From positions 158,048 through 222,047 of the forward strand of contig JAKIWV010000003.1 in NCBI GenBank assembly GCA_022749815.1: a DNA stretch of 64,000 bases, read 5' to 3'. The stretch comes from Thermoplasmata archaeon. Its GTDB lineage: Archaea; Thermoplasmatota; Thermoplasmata; Lutacidiplasmatales; UBA184. Below the pieces are notes generated by a model, which worked only from the letters and a program-made list of their open reading frames with translations, searched no databases and had not been told where the DNA came from. This document shows positions 28,600-37,686 of the stretch, piece after piece (position 1 is the stretch's first letter; each line of letters opens with the position of its first letter). A program made the translations under genes and the position numbers.

Positions 28600-29312
28600 C
28601 GGTTCAGTCCCTCCGGCAGCGTGATCTGGGGTGTCGCTTCGCCGACGACGAAGACGTACTGCTTGACGGTGGAGAAGCCTTCCTTGAAGTGTACCCGATT
28701 GGGCTGCGGGGAATTCAGGACTTCGACCTTCTCGATGCGGGCCAGTTCGCCGACGTGGGAGCCACCCGCGACATACGCGAGGTGCCCGACAGCGAACGGC
28801 AACCGGCCGAGGACCTTCTGGTCGGGGAGATGGATCTTGAGCGAGTCGCCGACCTTCCAGTCCTGGCCCTCGGGGATCCGAAGGTTGCGCCCGTCGTGGA
28901 GCGTCACCTGGAGCCGACCTCCGCGGACCGTTGTCTTGCGTTGGATCCGGCCGATCTTCACCGTCGCTTCGTCGGCCGGGATGGGATACAACCGGAGCTT
29001 GCCTCGGCGGTCCTTGAACAGCCGGTAGTTCGCTTGGAGCGGGGCTCCCAGCGCCAGCGTGTCCATCAGTCCGACGCCGCGGGCGAGGTCCGTCACGATC
29101 TTGCCGTCCACGTGCACCGCGCCACTGCGTACCAGGAGGCGGGCTTCCCGGGTGCTCTGGGCGATGCGGAGTACGTCCCGTAGCAGGAGCAGCAGCGGCA
29201 TCGACTCCGCCTGGGGGTGAGGCCCCGGCGAGGGACGCAAGATCCACTTCGTGCCCTTCCGGGGCACCGTCCAGGACCGCGGCGCGGCCCCTCGCTTGAG
29301 CCGGCGAGTCAC
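28596..29312 (-). CDS. rps4e: 30S ribosomal protein S4e
   Basis: RRLKRGAAPRSWTVPRKGTKWILRPSPGPH...; GTG start preceded by GGAGGAG; GTGA overlap with the L24 stop. Confidence 0.8.
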   Translation of the reverse strand: MTRRLKRGAAPRSWTVPRKGTKWILRPSPGPHPQAESMPLLLLLRDVLRIAQSTREARLLVRSGAVHVDGKIVTDLARGVGLMDTLALGAPLQANYRLFKDRRGKLRLYPIPADEATVKIGRIQRKTTVRGGRLQVTLHDGRNLRIPEGQDWKVGDSLKIHLPDQKVLGRLPFAVGHLAYVAGGSHVGELARIEKVEVLNSPQPNRVHFKEGFSTVKQYVFVVGEATPQITLPEGLNR

Positions 29313-29752
29313 GTCGACTCCTCCTTGGCGGGTCGCGCCCGTCGCTTCTTCGGCGCCGCGGGCATAGGTTCCGCCTCCGCCGCCGGGGCGGTATCCGGCG
29401 CGTGCACGGCCGGCGGAAGTGTGGGTTCTGCGGGCGCGGAGGCGGCGGGCTCTTCCGCCGGGGCCTCGGTCGCCGTGACCTTCAGAATCCGTCGGCGCCA
29501 CGGATCGGCGAGGTTGAGGCGGGTGAGGATGAGATGCGTCGGACCAATCGGCAGCGGCTTGAGCTTCTGGTCCACCTTCTTGATCGTCACGTTGTCGAGG
29601 GTGACCCGGAGCTCCCGCAAGTCGACGTCCGTCACGCGCTCCTCCCGTCCCTTGTAGCTGCCCGAGATCACGCGCACAGTGTCGCCCTTCCGCAGCGGCA
29701 GAGCGCGTCGCCGGTAGCGGGCTCTCAGGTCCCGCGACAACGACACGCTCAT
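29309..29752 (-). CDS. rpl24: 50S ribosomal protein L24 (uL24) with Ala/Pro/Glu-rich C-terminal extension
   Basis: KGDTVRVISGSYKGREERVTDV core; ~60 aa low-complexity tail ending KKRRARPAKEEST. Confidence 0.8.
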   Translation of the reverse strand: MSVSLSRDLRARYRRRALPLRKGDTVRVISGSYKGREERVTDVDLRELRVTLDNVTIKKVDQKLKPLPIGPTHLILTRLNLADPWRRRILKVTATEAPAEEPAASAPAEPTLPPAVHAPDTAPAAEAEPMPAAPKKRRARPAKEEST

Positions 29753-29846
29753 CCGCCGGTGTCGGGCGAAGACGGAAGCCTGAAACCCGGCGCGCCGCTG
29801 CTTGCGCGGCTGGGAGGATCTAGAACCGCTCAACCTGATCCCTCCG

Positions 29847-30245
29847 TCAGACGATGATCGACGAGGCCGCTGCGATGCGCGGCCATCGCTCGGCGGCTTC
29901 CCTCGCCACGGGGCCCTTGATCTGAGATCCCTTGATCTCGCCAGTCTCCGTGGTGATGACGGCGGCGTTGTCCTCGAACTGGATTCGGGTCCCATCGGCC
30001 CGGTGGATCGGGACGCGGGAGCGCACGATGACGGCGTGCACGACCTGGCGGCGCATCTCGGGCGTTCCCTTCTTCACCGACGCGATGACGAGGTCGGCCA
30101 CGGCGGCCCGAGGGTAGCGACGATGGGTGCCGTGCCAGTTGCGGACCGCGATGATCTCGACGATCTTGGCGCCGGTGTTGTCGACGCAGTCCAGGCGGGC
30201 GCCCTTTGGGAGGCCCCGCGTGCGCCGGCCGGCGAGGCCCTTCAT
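29847..30245 (-). CDS. rpl14: 50S ribosomal protein L14 (uL14)
   Basis: [27 protein letters not shown]. Confidence 0.85.
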   Translation of the reverse strand: MKGLAGRRTRGLPKGARLDCVDNTGAKIVEIIAVRNWHGTHRRYPRAAVADLVIASVKKGTPEMRRQVVHAVIVRSRVPIHRADGTRIQFEDNAAVITTETGEIKGSQIKGPVAREAAERWPRIAAASSIIV

Positions 30246-30667
30246 CCGGCCTCCTCCTTTGGATGACTCGTCGGGAGCGGCACCGCGTCGTCGCCGCTCG
30301 TGCGGCGCGCCGCGTCTCCCAGGTCCTCGACGATGCAGAACGTGACGGTCTTGGACAGCGGCCGGGTCTCCGCGACCCGGACGAGCCGCCCGACGCGAAC
30401 CTTGAGGCAGGGGGGGTCGTGGACGAGATACCGTCGCCGGCGCTTCGCGTAGCGTTCGTACTTGGGGATCCGGCGGAGGATCGTTCGCTCGACCACGGCG
30501 GTGCGCTGCATCGCCGTCGAAACGACCGTGGCTTCGAAGATCTGACCGCGGACCGATAGATGGCCGTGGAACGGGCAGTGCGCGTCGTCGCAGCGGTCCT
30601 TGGGCGAGCGCACGTCGAGCCCGATGTCGCGGGCCCGGCGAGCGGCCGGCTTGGTAGGAGGAGTCAT
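30242..30667 (-). CDS. rps17: 30S ribosomal protein S17 (uS17)
   Basis: OB-fold uS17 core ([21 protein letters not shown]...). Confidence 0.8.
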   Translation of the reverse strand: MTPPTKPAARRARDIGLDVRSPKDRCDDAHCPFHGHLSVRGQIFEATVVSTAMQRTAVVERTILRRIPKYERYAKRRRRYLVHDPPCLKVRVGRLVRVAETRPLSKTVTFCIVEDLGDAARRTSGDDAVPLPTSHPKEEAG

Positions 30668-30984
30668 CGAGACCTCCGCCGACCGCCCAGAGCGAGCAGC
30701 TTGGTACGGTCTTCGGGGCGCACGCGAAGAACCTCGCCTATTAACGGTACCTCGTCGCCGTCCTTGACGAGAATCGCCCGGAGCCCGGACTTCGCCACGC
30801 GACGGAGCCGGGTCGCGCCCGGCCGTCGAATCACGAGCGTGCGCAACGTCTCGTCGGCGATCACGCCGTCCCAGGGCAGGGCCTGGAGCCCGGGCGCCTC
30901 GGTGATGCGGACCGGCAGGCCAATGATCTCCCCGAGGAGGGCCCGAGAAGAGCGGGTTCCGGTCGTTTCGGCGTCGAGCGACAT
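30664..30984 (-). CDS. rnp1: RNase P protein component 1 (Rpp29/Pop4)
   Basis: [33 protein letters not shown]...RPEDR pattern; conserved position between L29 and S17. Confidence 0.65.
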   Translation of the reverse strand: MSLDAETTGTRSSRALLGEIIGLPVRITEAPGLQALPWDGVIADETLRTLVIRRPGATRLRRVAKSGLRAILVKDGDEVPLIGEVLRVRPEDRTKLLALGGRRRSR

Positions 30985-31005
30985 CGGTTCCGCTGCCCCG
31001 CCTCC

Positions 31006-31206
31006 CTACCGGGATCGCGCGGCGTTGGCTCGTTCGGAAAGTACTGTGAGGGCGCGGGCAACGTTGGTCCGAAGCGCCCGCAGACGGCCGGGGCTCGGGG
31101 GCGCGCCGCCCATCGCTGCCGTGCCGCGCTCCCGCAGCAGGTCGTTTTCGATGTCGCCGATCTTGCGCTTGAGGTCCTCGTCGGAGAGGGCGCGCAATTC
31201 CTTCAT
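31006..31206 (-). CDS. rpl29: 50S ribosomal protein L29 (uL29)
   Basis: MKELRALSDEDLKRKIGDIENDLLRERG; 66 aa from Met54 of the longer ORF. Confidence 0.75.
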   Translation of the reverse strand: MKELRALSDEDLKRKIGDIENDLLRERGTAAMGGAPPSPGRLRALRTNVARALTVLSERANAARSR

Positions 31207-31217
31207 CCGCAGGAGAC

Positions 31218-31904
31218 TCACGGGACTCCCTCCACGGGGGGCGGGAGGTCCGGCAGGGGAGGCACCTCGACGGACGGCAGCTGCACGGGGGCCGTCTTGG
31301 GGTGCTCCTCGACCCCCTTCACGTGGATCTCGTCCGGCAGCCGCGCGTTGGGGCCCATGATCCATACCTTCACTCCGATAACGCCGGGCTTGAGGCGGGC
31401 CTGGGCGAACCCCTTGCCGATGAGGAGGATCGCGGCTTCGCCGCAGTACTTGATCGTCCCCGACTTGAACCGTTCCGTTCGGTGCCTCTCCCCGGTGAGC
31501 TTTCCGGAAAGAATCACTTGACAGCCGCGCGCGCCGGATTCCATAATCCGGCGCACCGTCGAGTGGCCGGCGCGACGGAAATGCCAGCCGCGCTCGAGGG
31601 TCCCCGCGAGCTTCTCCGCCATCAGTTGGGCGTTGAGGGCCGGCTGGCGCTCCTCCTGCACCTCGATCTGGGGGTTGTCGAGCTTGAACCGGTTCTGGAT
31701 GTCCTGGGTGAGTTGCTTGATCAGCTCGCCGCGCCGCCCGATGATGATGCCGGGCCGCTCGGTGATGAGCGTGACCCGCGTTCCCATCGGCGTGCGCTGG
31801 ATGTCGAGACCGCCAAATCCGGCCCGTGCACTCTGTTGGATCAGGAAGTCCTTGAGGAGGACGCGGCGGGTCGCCTCTTCGATGACCTTGCGTTCGCTCG
31901 ACAT
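31218..31904 (-). CDS. rps3: 30S ribosomal protein S3 (uS3) with Pro-rich C-terminal tail
   Basis: KH domain GIIIGRRGELIKQL; start at Met21. Confidence 0.85.
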   Translation of the reverse strand: MSSERKVIEEATRRVLLKDFLIQQSARAGFGGLDIQRTPMGTRVTLITERPGIIIGRRGELIKQLTQDIQNRFKLDNPQIEVQEERQPALNAQLMAEKLAGTLERGWHFRRAGHSTVRRIMESGARGCQVILSGKLTGERHRTERFKSGTIKYCGEAAILLIGKGFAQARLKPGVIGVKVWIMGPNARLPDEIHVKGVEEHPKTAPVQLPSVEVPPLPDLPPPVEGVP

Positions 31905-32368
31905 TACGACGCCTCTTTCCGCTCGCCGAGCACGATCTCTACGTGAGTGGTTTGTTCGTTCCACGCCGTCGCCCGTCCCTGGGCTCGCTGCATGTTCGCT
32001 TTCTGGATGCGGCCCCGGGAGGAGGCGGCGACTTTGATGAAGAGCCGGTCGACGTCCAGTCCCTGGAAATCCGCGTTGGCCTCGGCGTTCACCAAGATGT
32101 CGAGCAGCACCTGGCAGACTTTCTTCGGATAGCGCCCGGGCCCGACGCCGCGCTTGTGCGCGGTTTCCTGGTTGTACCGTCGGAACGGGATGGCCCGCTT
32201 CAAGGCGATCGCGTCCTCGAGGACCTGCCGCGCCTTTTCAAGGTCGAGGCCCCGAATCGCGTTGAGGACCTCGTAGGTCTTCTTGGGCGACATCGGCAGC
32301 TCCTGCCCACGGGCCCGCGCAACGGAAACGCTGCTTTCGGCCTGGTACGTGTAGCCCCGGTTCGTCAC
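31904..32368 (-). CDS. rpl22: 50S ribosomal protein L22 (uL22)
   Basis: uL22 fold motifs. Confidence 0.85.
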   Translation of the reverse strand: MTNRGYTYQAESSVSVARARGQELPMSPKKTYEVLNAIRGLDLEKARQVLEDAIALKRAIPFRRYNQETAHKRGVGPGRYPKKVCQVLLDILVNAEANADFQGLDVDRLFIKVAASSRGRIQKANMQRAQGRATAWNEQTTHVEIVLGERKEAS

Positions 32369-32378
32369 GGTCGATCCC

Positions 32379-32810
32379 TCACTTGAGCGGCATGAACTTC
32401 GAGGACCGGGTCGCGCCGACGCCGGGCCCGGAGTGCTTCTCGAACCGGCGTGTGAGCGCGAACTCGCCGTAGTAGTGGCCGATCATCTCCGGCCGCACCT
32501 CGATCTCCTTGTACTCCTTCCCTGTGTGGACGGCCACGTGGCGGCCGACGTGTAGGGGCAGTACGAGGACGTCCCGGCAGTGCGTTCGGACGGGCTTGCC
32601 GTCCGCCGCCTCGGAGAGCTTTTCGAGGAACCGGCGCTGGTCCGCATTGAATCCGCGGCGGATAGTTCGTCGTTGCCGCGAGGGCAGGAGCTTGGCGAGC
32701 TCCTCGAGGCTGAGCTGCTGGAGCTCCGGCAGGGTCTTGCCGCGGAGCGTGAACTCGCGCTTCCGGCGGACCTCCGCCTTCTTCGCCCTTCGTCCCTTCG
32801 GCATGGTCAC
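32379..32810 (-). CDS. rps19: 30S ribosomal protein S19 (uS19)
   Basis: GHYYGEFALTRRF... Confidence 0.85.
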   Translation of the reverse strand: MTMPKGRRAKKAEVRRKREFTLRGKTLPELQQLSLEELAKLLPSRQRRTIRRGFNADQRRFLEKLSEAADGKPVRTHCRDVLVLPLHVGRHVAVHTGKEYKEIEVRPEMIGHYYGEFALTRRFEKHSGPGVGATRSSKFMPLK

Positions 32811-33529
32811 TTCCCTCGGCTACGTCGGCGCGAGTGCTTCTTCTGGGGGGAGAACCGGCCCACTTTCTGGCCGGGCCACGCGTCGGAACCTACCGTGCTC
32901 GGTCGTCCCACGTGCTGGTGCGCGCCTCCCCCGTGGGGATGGTTGACGGGGTTCATCGCGACGCCCCGGACCTTGAACGCCGCTCGGGCCAGCGATCGGA
33001 ATGCGTTGACCTTCTTGCCGGCCTTGATGAACGGGCGCTCCAGCCGACCGCCTCCACCGATTCCCCCCACTTGCGCCCGGCAGGTCTCGAGGAACTGTTT
33101 GAACTGGCCCGACGGCAGTTGGACGGTCACCTCGCCGCCCGAATGCGCCACGACGATCGCGCTCGCGCCCGCCGCTCGGACCAGGCGGCCCCCGTCGAAC
33201 GGCTTGACCTCGAGGTTCGATACCAGGACCCCATCTGGGATGCTCTGGAGCGGGAGGAGGCTGCCGCGGAGCACGGGTCCGGCGTTGAGCGACACCGAGT
33301 CGCCGGTGGAGATGCCCGCGGAGGCGAGCATCTGGATCTCTTCCCCCGCCGGACCACGGACGAGCACGACGGAGGCGGTACGGCCCGGAGCGTGCTCCAG
33401 CGATTCGACCTTTCCTTCTCCGGAGACGCTCGGGGCCGGGTGGTTGATGGCGCCGTGATGCCGGTGGCTCGGAGAAGTGTACGCTCCGGTGCCCGCCCCC
33501 CGCCGACGCGAACCGGTGCGCTTTCCCAT
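32807..33529 (-). CDS. rpl2: 50S ribosomal protein L2 (uL2)
   Basis: VNHPHGGGAHQHVGRPSTV. Confidence 0.85.
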   Translation of the reverse strand: MGKRTGSRRRGAGTGAYTSPSHRHHGAINHPAPSVSGEGKVESLEHAPGRTASVVLVRGPAGEEIQMLASAGISTGDSVSLNAGPVLRGSLLPLQSIPDGVLVSNLEVKPFDGGRLVRAAGASAIVVAHSGGEVTVQLPSGQFKQFLETCRAQVGGIGGGGRLERPFIKAGKKVNAFRSLARAAFKVRGVAMNPVNHPHGGGAHQHVGRPSTVGSDAWPGQKVGRFSPQKKHSRRRSRGK

Positions 33530-33792
33530 CAGAACACCCCGGCGCGAGCGCCAATGTCTTCGGCCGAGTACTCCGGCTTGAATCGTACGGTGGCGATCTT
33601 CCCGGTACGAACGATCTTGATCGTGATCTTCGCGACCTTGCACTGGTAGAGCTCTTCGACCGCGCGCTTGACCTGGGCGCGATTTGCCCGCCGGTCGACG
33701 GCGAATTCGAGCTTGTTCATGCGCTCCATTTCGTCCATCGCTTTCTCGGTGACGTACGGGTGGAGGATGACGCGGAGACGGAGCTCGCTCAC
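33529..33792 (-). CDS. rpl23: 50S ribosomal protein L23 (uL23)
   Basis: 87 aa from a GTG overlapping the L4 stop (GTGA): VSELRLRVILHPYVTEKAMDEMER... Confidence 0.75.
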   Translation of the reverse strand: MSELRLRVILHPYVTEKAMDEMERMNKLEFAVDRRANRAQVKRAVEELYQCKVAKITIKIVRTGKIATVRFKPEYSAEDIGARAGVF

Positions 33793-34622
33793 GCTACGCC
33801 CCCTTCGAGTCGCGCCTTGAGACCCGCGATCGCCCCGGAGGAGTAGATCGTCAGCCGGCCCGGGTCCCCTCCGGGGGCCAGGTCCTCGGTTCCCAAGCGG
33901 CCCACGGGGACGACATCGACTCCGGCCAAGTTGCGGAAACCGCGGGCCCTCCCCGGCACGCTTGTCACCACGAGGAGGCTCGACGGTTCGCGGCGGAGCC
34001 GGCCCCGGCGCTTGCCCCGACCGGCGCGGATATGCGTTCCGTCCCGCGCCCGATCCACGTCGCCCAGCAGGCCCAGTCGACGGAGGAACTCGCTCGCCGT
34101 CTTCGATGAATCGACGGCCTCGATTGGATCTTCGACCACGACGGGGAGCTGGGTCTCGTCCCCGACCCGATGGCCGCGGGCGCGAACGATCGAGAGGTCG
34201 CGCGTCGCCGCGAGGGCGGCGGCGAAGGCTCGTCGGCGCTCCTTGACGTTGATCTTCTTGCGCCAGAGCGTCTCGACCTTCGGTGGATGAGCGGGTCGTC
34301 CGCCCACCGTGTTGGGCGCCTGGGCGCCGCGCATGGAGTCCATCAATCGTGGAGTACGGGCAACGCCCTTCCCTTTGCCGGACCACCGGACGGAGTGACG
34401 TGCTCCGGCGGTCGGGGTCGTCCCATGAGGCTGGATCCGGTGCGACTGAGCGGCGACGACGGCTCGCCGGATCAGGTCGGGACGCACGGGGACCGAGAAG
34501 GCGAGCGGTAGGGTGACCGTCTCCCCGGGCTTGCCGGCGAGCGATACGACATGGACTCGGTGGTGAGGCCGGGCAGGCTCGGTCGGCTCCGTCGAGCCGA
34601 CGGTCGACCGAGACGTACTCAT
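33789..34622 (-). CDS. rpl4: 50S ribosomal protein L4 (uL4)
   Basis: 277 aa from the internal ATG; ATGA overlap with the L3 stop. Confidence 0.85.
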   Translation of the reverse strand: MSTSRSTVGSTEPTEPARPHHRVHVVSLAGKPGETVTLPLAFSVPVRPDLIRRAVVAAQSHRIQPHGTTPTAGARHSVRWSGKGKGVARTPRLMDSMRGAQAPNTVGGRPAHPPKVETLWRKKINVKERRRAFAAALAATRDLSIVRARGHRVGDETQLPVVVEDPIEAVDSSKTASEFLRRLGLLGDVDRARDGTHIRAGRGKRRGRLRREPSSLLVVTSVPGRARGFRNLAGVDVVPVGRLGTEDLAPGGDPGRLTIYSSGAIAGLKARLEGGVA

Positions 34623-35620
34623 ACGCCCTGCTTCGAGGCCGTGCTGAGGAATCGAATGTCGACCTTCTCCACCGTCGCGATGTGACTCCGGATTGGCATC
34701 CGGAAGCGGAGCAGCCGCTTCGAGGGGCCGGGGACCGTACCGTGGACAATGACGCAGCTGGAGCGGACCGATCCGTAATGGAGGAACCCGCCCTTCGGGG
34801 TCACTGCGTCGGTCGTGGGGTCGCGAACGATCTTGAGCAGGCGGATGTTGTACACCGTTCGCTTGTGGTACCCCATCTGCCCAGCCTGAGGGATCCGATA
34901 GGTGACGAAGCTCGGGTTGTGGGGGCCTAGCGTTCCGATCATCCGCCGGTGCTTCGAGTTCTTGCGCGGTTGGAGGTGGACCCCCCACCGCTGGATATGC
35001 CCCTGGAAGCCCTTCCCCTTCGTCACGCCGACAATGTCCCAAAACTCGCCCTCCTTGGCGACCTCGTCGATGGTGACTTCTTTGCCGAGTTGAGCCAGGG
35101 CGAATCCTCGACGGTCCTCGAAGCCATCGCCCGATACTCGGACCTCGAAGATATCGGGCGTCTTGGAGCCGACACCGGTCACGAGCCAGGGCTCGGTATG
35201 GACGATCAGCCGGACCTCATCCGCCGGGGCGGTTCGGAAGGAGTCGAGTTTCTCCCCTTCGGTCGCCGGGTGGGAGGGGATCGCGCGGTCGACCTCGTCG
35301 TGGGTCTCAGCGGCCCAGACTTCCCCGACGACTCGGCTACCGTATGGATCTTCGCGGTAGAGGCGCGCGCCGACCACGTGGATCGGGGGCGTCTCGATGA
35401 CTGTCACCGGGATGGAGACTTCCTGTCCGGCGGTCGTGGACCGTTTCCGGTAGTCGACGATCATCGCGTGGGTCATGCCAACCTTGAAGCCGGCGAAGCC
35501 TTCCAGCGAGGGTTGTTTGGGCCCCGCAGGCCATGTACGGATCCGGGGTACACTACGCGACGAGCGAGAACGTGGGGAGTAGCCGAGCGAGCCTCGGCGA
35601 GGTCGGTGTCGGCGGGCCAT
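34619..35620 (-). CDS. rpl3: 50S ribosomal protein L3 (uL3)
   Basis: FAGFKVGMTHAM...; first gene of the r-protein super-operon. Confidence 0.85.
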   Translation of the reverse strand: MARRHRPRRGSLGYSPRSRSSRSVPRIRTWPAGPKQPSLEGFAGFKVGMTHAMIVDYRKRSTTAGQEVSIPVTVIETPPIHVVGARLYREDPYGSRVVGEVWAAETHDEVDRAIPSHPATEGEKLDSFRTAPADEVRLIVHTEPWLVTGVGSKTPDIFEVRVSGDGFEDRRGFALAQLGKEVTIDEVAKEGEFWDIVGVTKGKGFQGHIQRWGVHLQPRKNSKHRRMIGTLGPHNPSFVTYRIPQAGQMGYHKRTVYNIRLLKIVRDPTTDAVTPKGGFLHYGSVRSSCVIVHGTVPGPSKRLLRFRMPIRSHIATVEKVDIRFLSTASKQGV

Positions 35621-35664
35621 CGGTTTGGAGCGTCTTTCGCCTCCGGTGGGGCGGGGGGAGAAGG

Positions 35665-35710
35665 GTGCTCTATATAAGCGCAACCGAGCGCGCAATCGCG
35701 CGCGCATCCG
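35665..35710 (-). promoter_or_regulatory. divergent promoter region: TATA (CTCTATATAAG) ~50 nt upstream of L3 plus GCGCGC-aatc-GCGCGC hairpin
   Basis: Only TATA-like element in the 234-nt L3/ilvA intergenic region; adjacent self-complementary GC hexamers. Confidence 0.4.
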
Positions 35711-35854
35711 GAGTGCGATTTTCCCTCTGGGAAATCCTCCCAAACGCGCTTCTGCTCGGACGCGCGCGTAGAGAAAACGCGTGTTCGCGCTCCGCGTTCC
35801 GGAACGCTGATCAGCCACCCGAATGGTTAAGCGCGCCCGGAGCGAGCGGAGCCC

Positions 35855-37090
35855 GTGACCGACCCGCTGCCGGTCCGGCTCGAGGATGTCGTCGCTGCGG
35901 CGCAGCGGATCTCGGGCGTTGTCCGTCGGACCCCCTTGATCGCCGCCCCTGCGATCCCTGGGCTCCCTCCCGAAGGCGTCTACCTGAAGCTGGAGAATCT
36001 TCAGCTCACTGGGGCGTTCAAGCTTCGCGGCGCCGCCAACCGCATCCTTCTCATGTCGCCGGCCGAGGCGGCGCGCGGCGTCGTCACGGCCTCCGCCGGC
36101 AACCACTCTCAAGGGGTTGCCTACGCCGCCCGGTACCGAGGAGTTTCGGCTACGATCGTGATGGCACGCGGCGCCTCTCCCTCCAAGGTCAGTGCGACTC
36201 GGGCGCTCGGCGCCCGAGTGATCTTTCACGGGAACGACTTTGAGGAAGCGCACGAAGAGGCGCTCCGTCTATCGAAAGACGAGGGGTTGGTCTACGTCCA
36301 CCCCTTCGAGGATCCGGAGGTCATCGCGGGGCAGGGGACGGTGGGGCTCGAGATTCTCGAAGACCTTCCGACGACCCGCCGGATCATCGCGGGAGTCGGC
36401 GGGGGCGGACTGTTGGCCGGGATCACCGTCGCGGCGAAGGCGACGAAACCCGACATAGAAATCGTCGGAGTGCAAGCCGCAGGAGCCGACACTCTGAGTG
36501 CATCGATGAGTCAAGGGCGGGTCGTCGTCGGGCCGCGTCCGAACACCTTTGCGGACGGGCTGGCCACCCGACACATCGGCAACCGTCCGTTCCAGGTTTT
36601 CGAGCACTACGGGATCAAGTCCGTCAGCGTGGACGACCGAGCGATCGCGCGCGCCGCTTTCCTCCTGCTCGAGAACGCGAAATTGCTCGTGGAAGGCGCG
36701 GGCGCCGTCCCGCTGGCAGCGGTCCTCGAGCACTCCGAGCTGCTCGAGCCGGGACCGACTGTGCTCGTGATCAGCGGGGGGAACCTAGACCCGTTCCTTC
36801 TCGATCGGATTCTCTGGATCGGATTGTCGGCCGAGGGTCGACTGTTGCGCATTCGCGCCCCGCTCCGGGACAAACCGGGCCAGTTGGCCGAGTTGCTCGG
36901 CGTGGCCGCCGGTCTCGCCGCGAACGTGCGCCACATCGTGCATGACCGGGAGTCTCCCGATCGACCACCGGGCGAAGTGACGGTCGAGGTCGAGCTGGAG
37001 GTCCGGGATTCGGCCCACGCCACCGAGGTTCTCCAGACGTATCGCGACAAGGGCTGGCACGTGTCGACAGTGGCCGCGGGCGACGGGTAG
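35855..37090 (+). CDS. ilvA: threonine dehydratase (threonine ammonia-lyase, PLP-dependent, with C-terminal ACT-like domain)
   Basis: LQLTGAFKLRGAANRIL (PLP lysine), SAGNHSQGVAYAA, GVGGGGLLAGI. Confidence 0.85.
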   Translation: MTDPLPVRLEDVVAAAQRISGVVRRTPLIAAPAIPGLPPEGVYLKLENLQLTGAFKLRGAANRILLMSPAEAARGVVTASAGNHSQGVAYAARYRGVSATIVMARGASPSKVSATRALGARVIFHGNDFEEAHEEALRLSKDEGLVYVHPFEDPEVIAGQGTVGLEILEDLPTTRRIIAGVGGGGLLAGITVAAKATKPDIEIVGVQAAGADTLSASMSQGRVVVGPRPNTFADGLATRHIGNRPFQVFEHYGIKSVSVDDRAIARAAFLLLENAKLLVEGAGAVPLAAVLEHSELLEPGPTVLVISGGNLDPFLLDRILWIGLSAEGRLLRIRAPLRDKPGQLAELLGVAAGLAANVRHIVHDRESPDRPPGEVTVEVELEVRDSAHATEVLQTYRDKGWHVSTVAAGDG

Positions 37091-37140
37091 GCGAAGGGAA
37101 CGTCGGGACCGGAACGGCTCTCTGGCGCCGAACAAACGGG

Positions 37141-37147
37141 TATATAC
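37141..37147 (+). promoter_or_regulatory. TATA box (GGTATATACGG) 21 nt upstream of the GTG start of the DUF2203 gene (leaderless arrangement)
   Basis: Spacing fits an archaeal TATA-to-TSS distance. Confidence 0.45.
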
Positions 37148-37168
37148 GGAACGGGCCATCGAACCCGT

Positions 37169-37660
37169 GTGGAGAGCGAGCGGGACGGCACGGACCACGT
37201 GGCGGTGGTCCCTCCGCGTCTCTGGACCGTCGAAGAGGCGAACGCTCGACTCAATGAGCTGCGGGCGCTGCTGCCCCAGCTGAAGGCGTGGGCCTCCCGC
37301 CTCGGAGTGGTCCACGAAGAGCTCCAGCGGCTCGCCACGTTCTGGGGCAACGAGCTCGAATCGAACGACAACCCCGACTTCGCGCTCCGTCACCGTCTGG
37401 ACGAGGAGTGGCAGAGCCTGAGCCGGCGGCTCGAGCAGGAGGTGCTGCGGCTCCACGAGGACGGAATCGAGGTGAAAGACCTCGAGGTCGGCCTGGCGGA
37501 TTTCTACGGTCGACTGGAAGGCGAAGTGGTGTTCCTCTGCTGGCGGCGCGGCGAAGAGGAAGTGGGCTTTTGGCATTCGGTCGAGGGCGGGTACCGGAAC
37601 CGGCGTCCTCTTCCGAACTCCCGAAAAGCCGCCCCGCGCCCCCGCGGCGGCTCGGGATAG
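37169..37660 (+). CDS. DUF2203-family hypothetical protein
   Basis: RLWTVEEANARLNELRALLPQL N-terminal motif and C-terminal VKDLEVGLADFYGR...VVFLCWRRGEEEVGFWH. Confidence 0.5.
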   Translation: MESERDGTDHVAVVPPRLWTVEEANARLNELRALLPQLKAWASRLGVVHEELQRLATFWGNELESNDNPDFALRHRLDEEWQSLSRRLEQEVLRLHEDGIEVKDLEVGLADFYGRLEGEVVFLCWRRGEEEVGFWHSVEGGYRNRRPLPNSRKAAPRPRGGSG

Positions 37661-37686
37661 GATTCCCGCCGTCCCGGTACACGTCG

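Noticed and set aside
28039-29247. 402-aa ORF suggesting an L5 with a 216-aa N-terminal extension
   Set aside because: The extension overlaps the well-conserved S4e gene in another frame and is compositionally junk. L5 starts at the internal ATG (28599) that overlaps the S4e stop.
33529-35042. Long N-terminal extensions on the L23 (406 aa) and L4 (417 aa) ORFs
   Set aside because: Extensions overlap the upstream conserved r-protein genes. True starts are the ATGA/GTGA-coupled internal codons.
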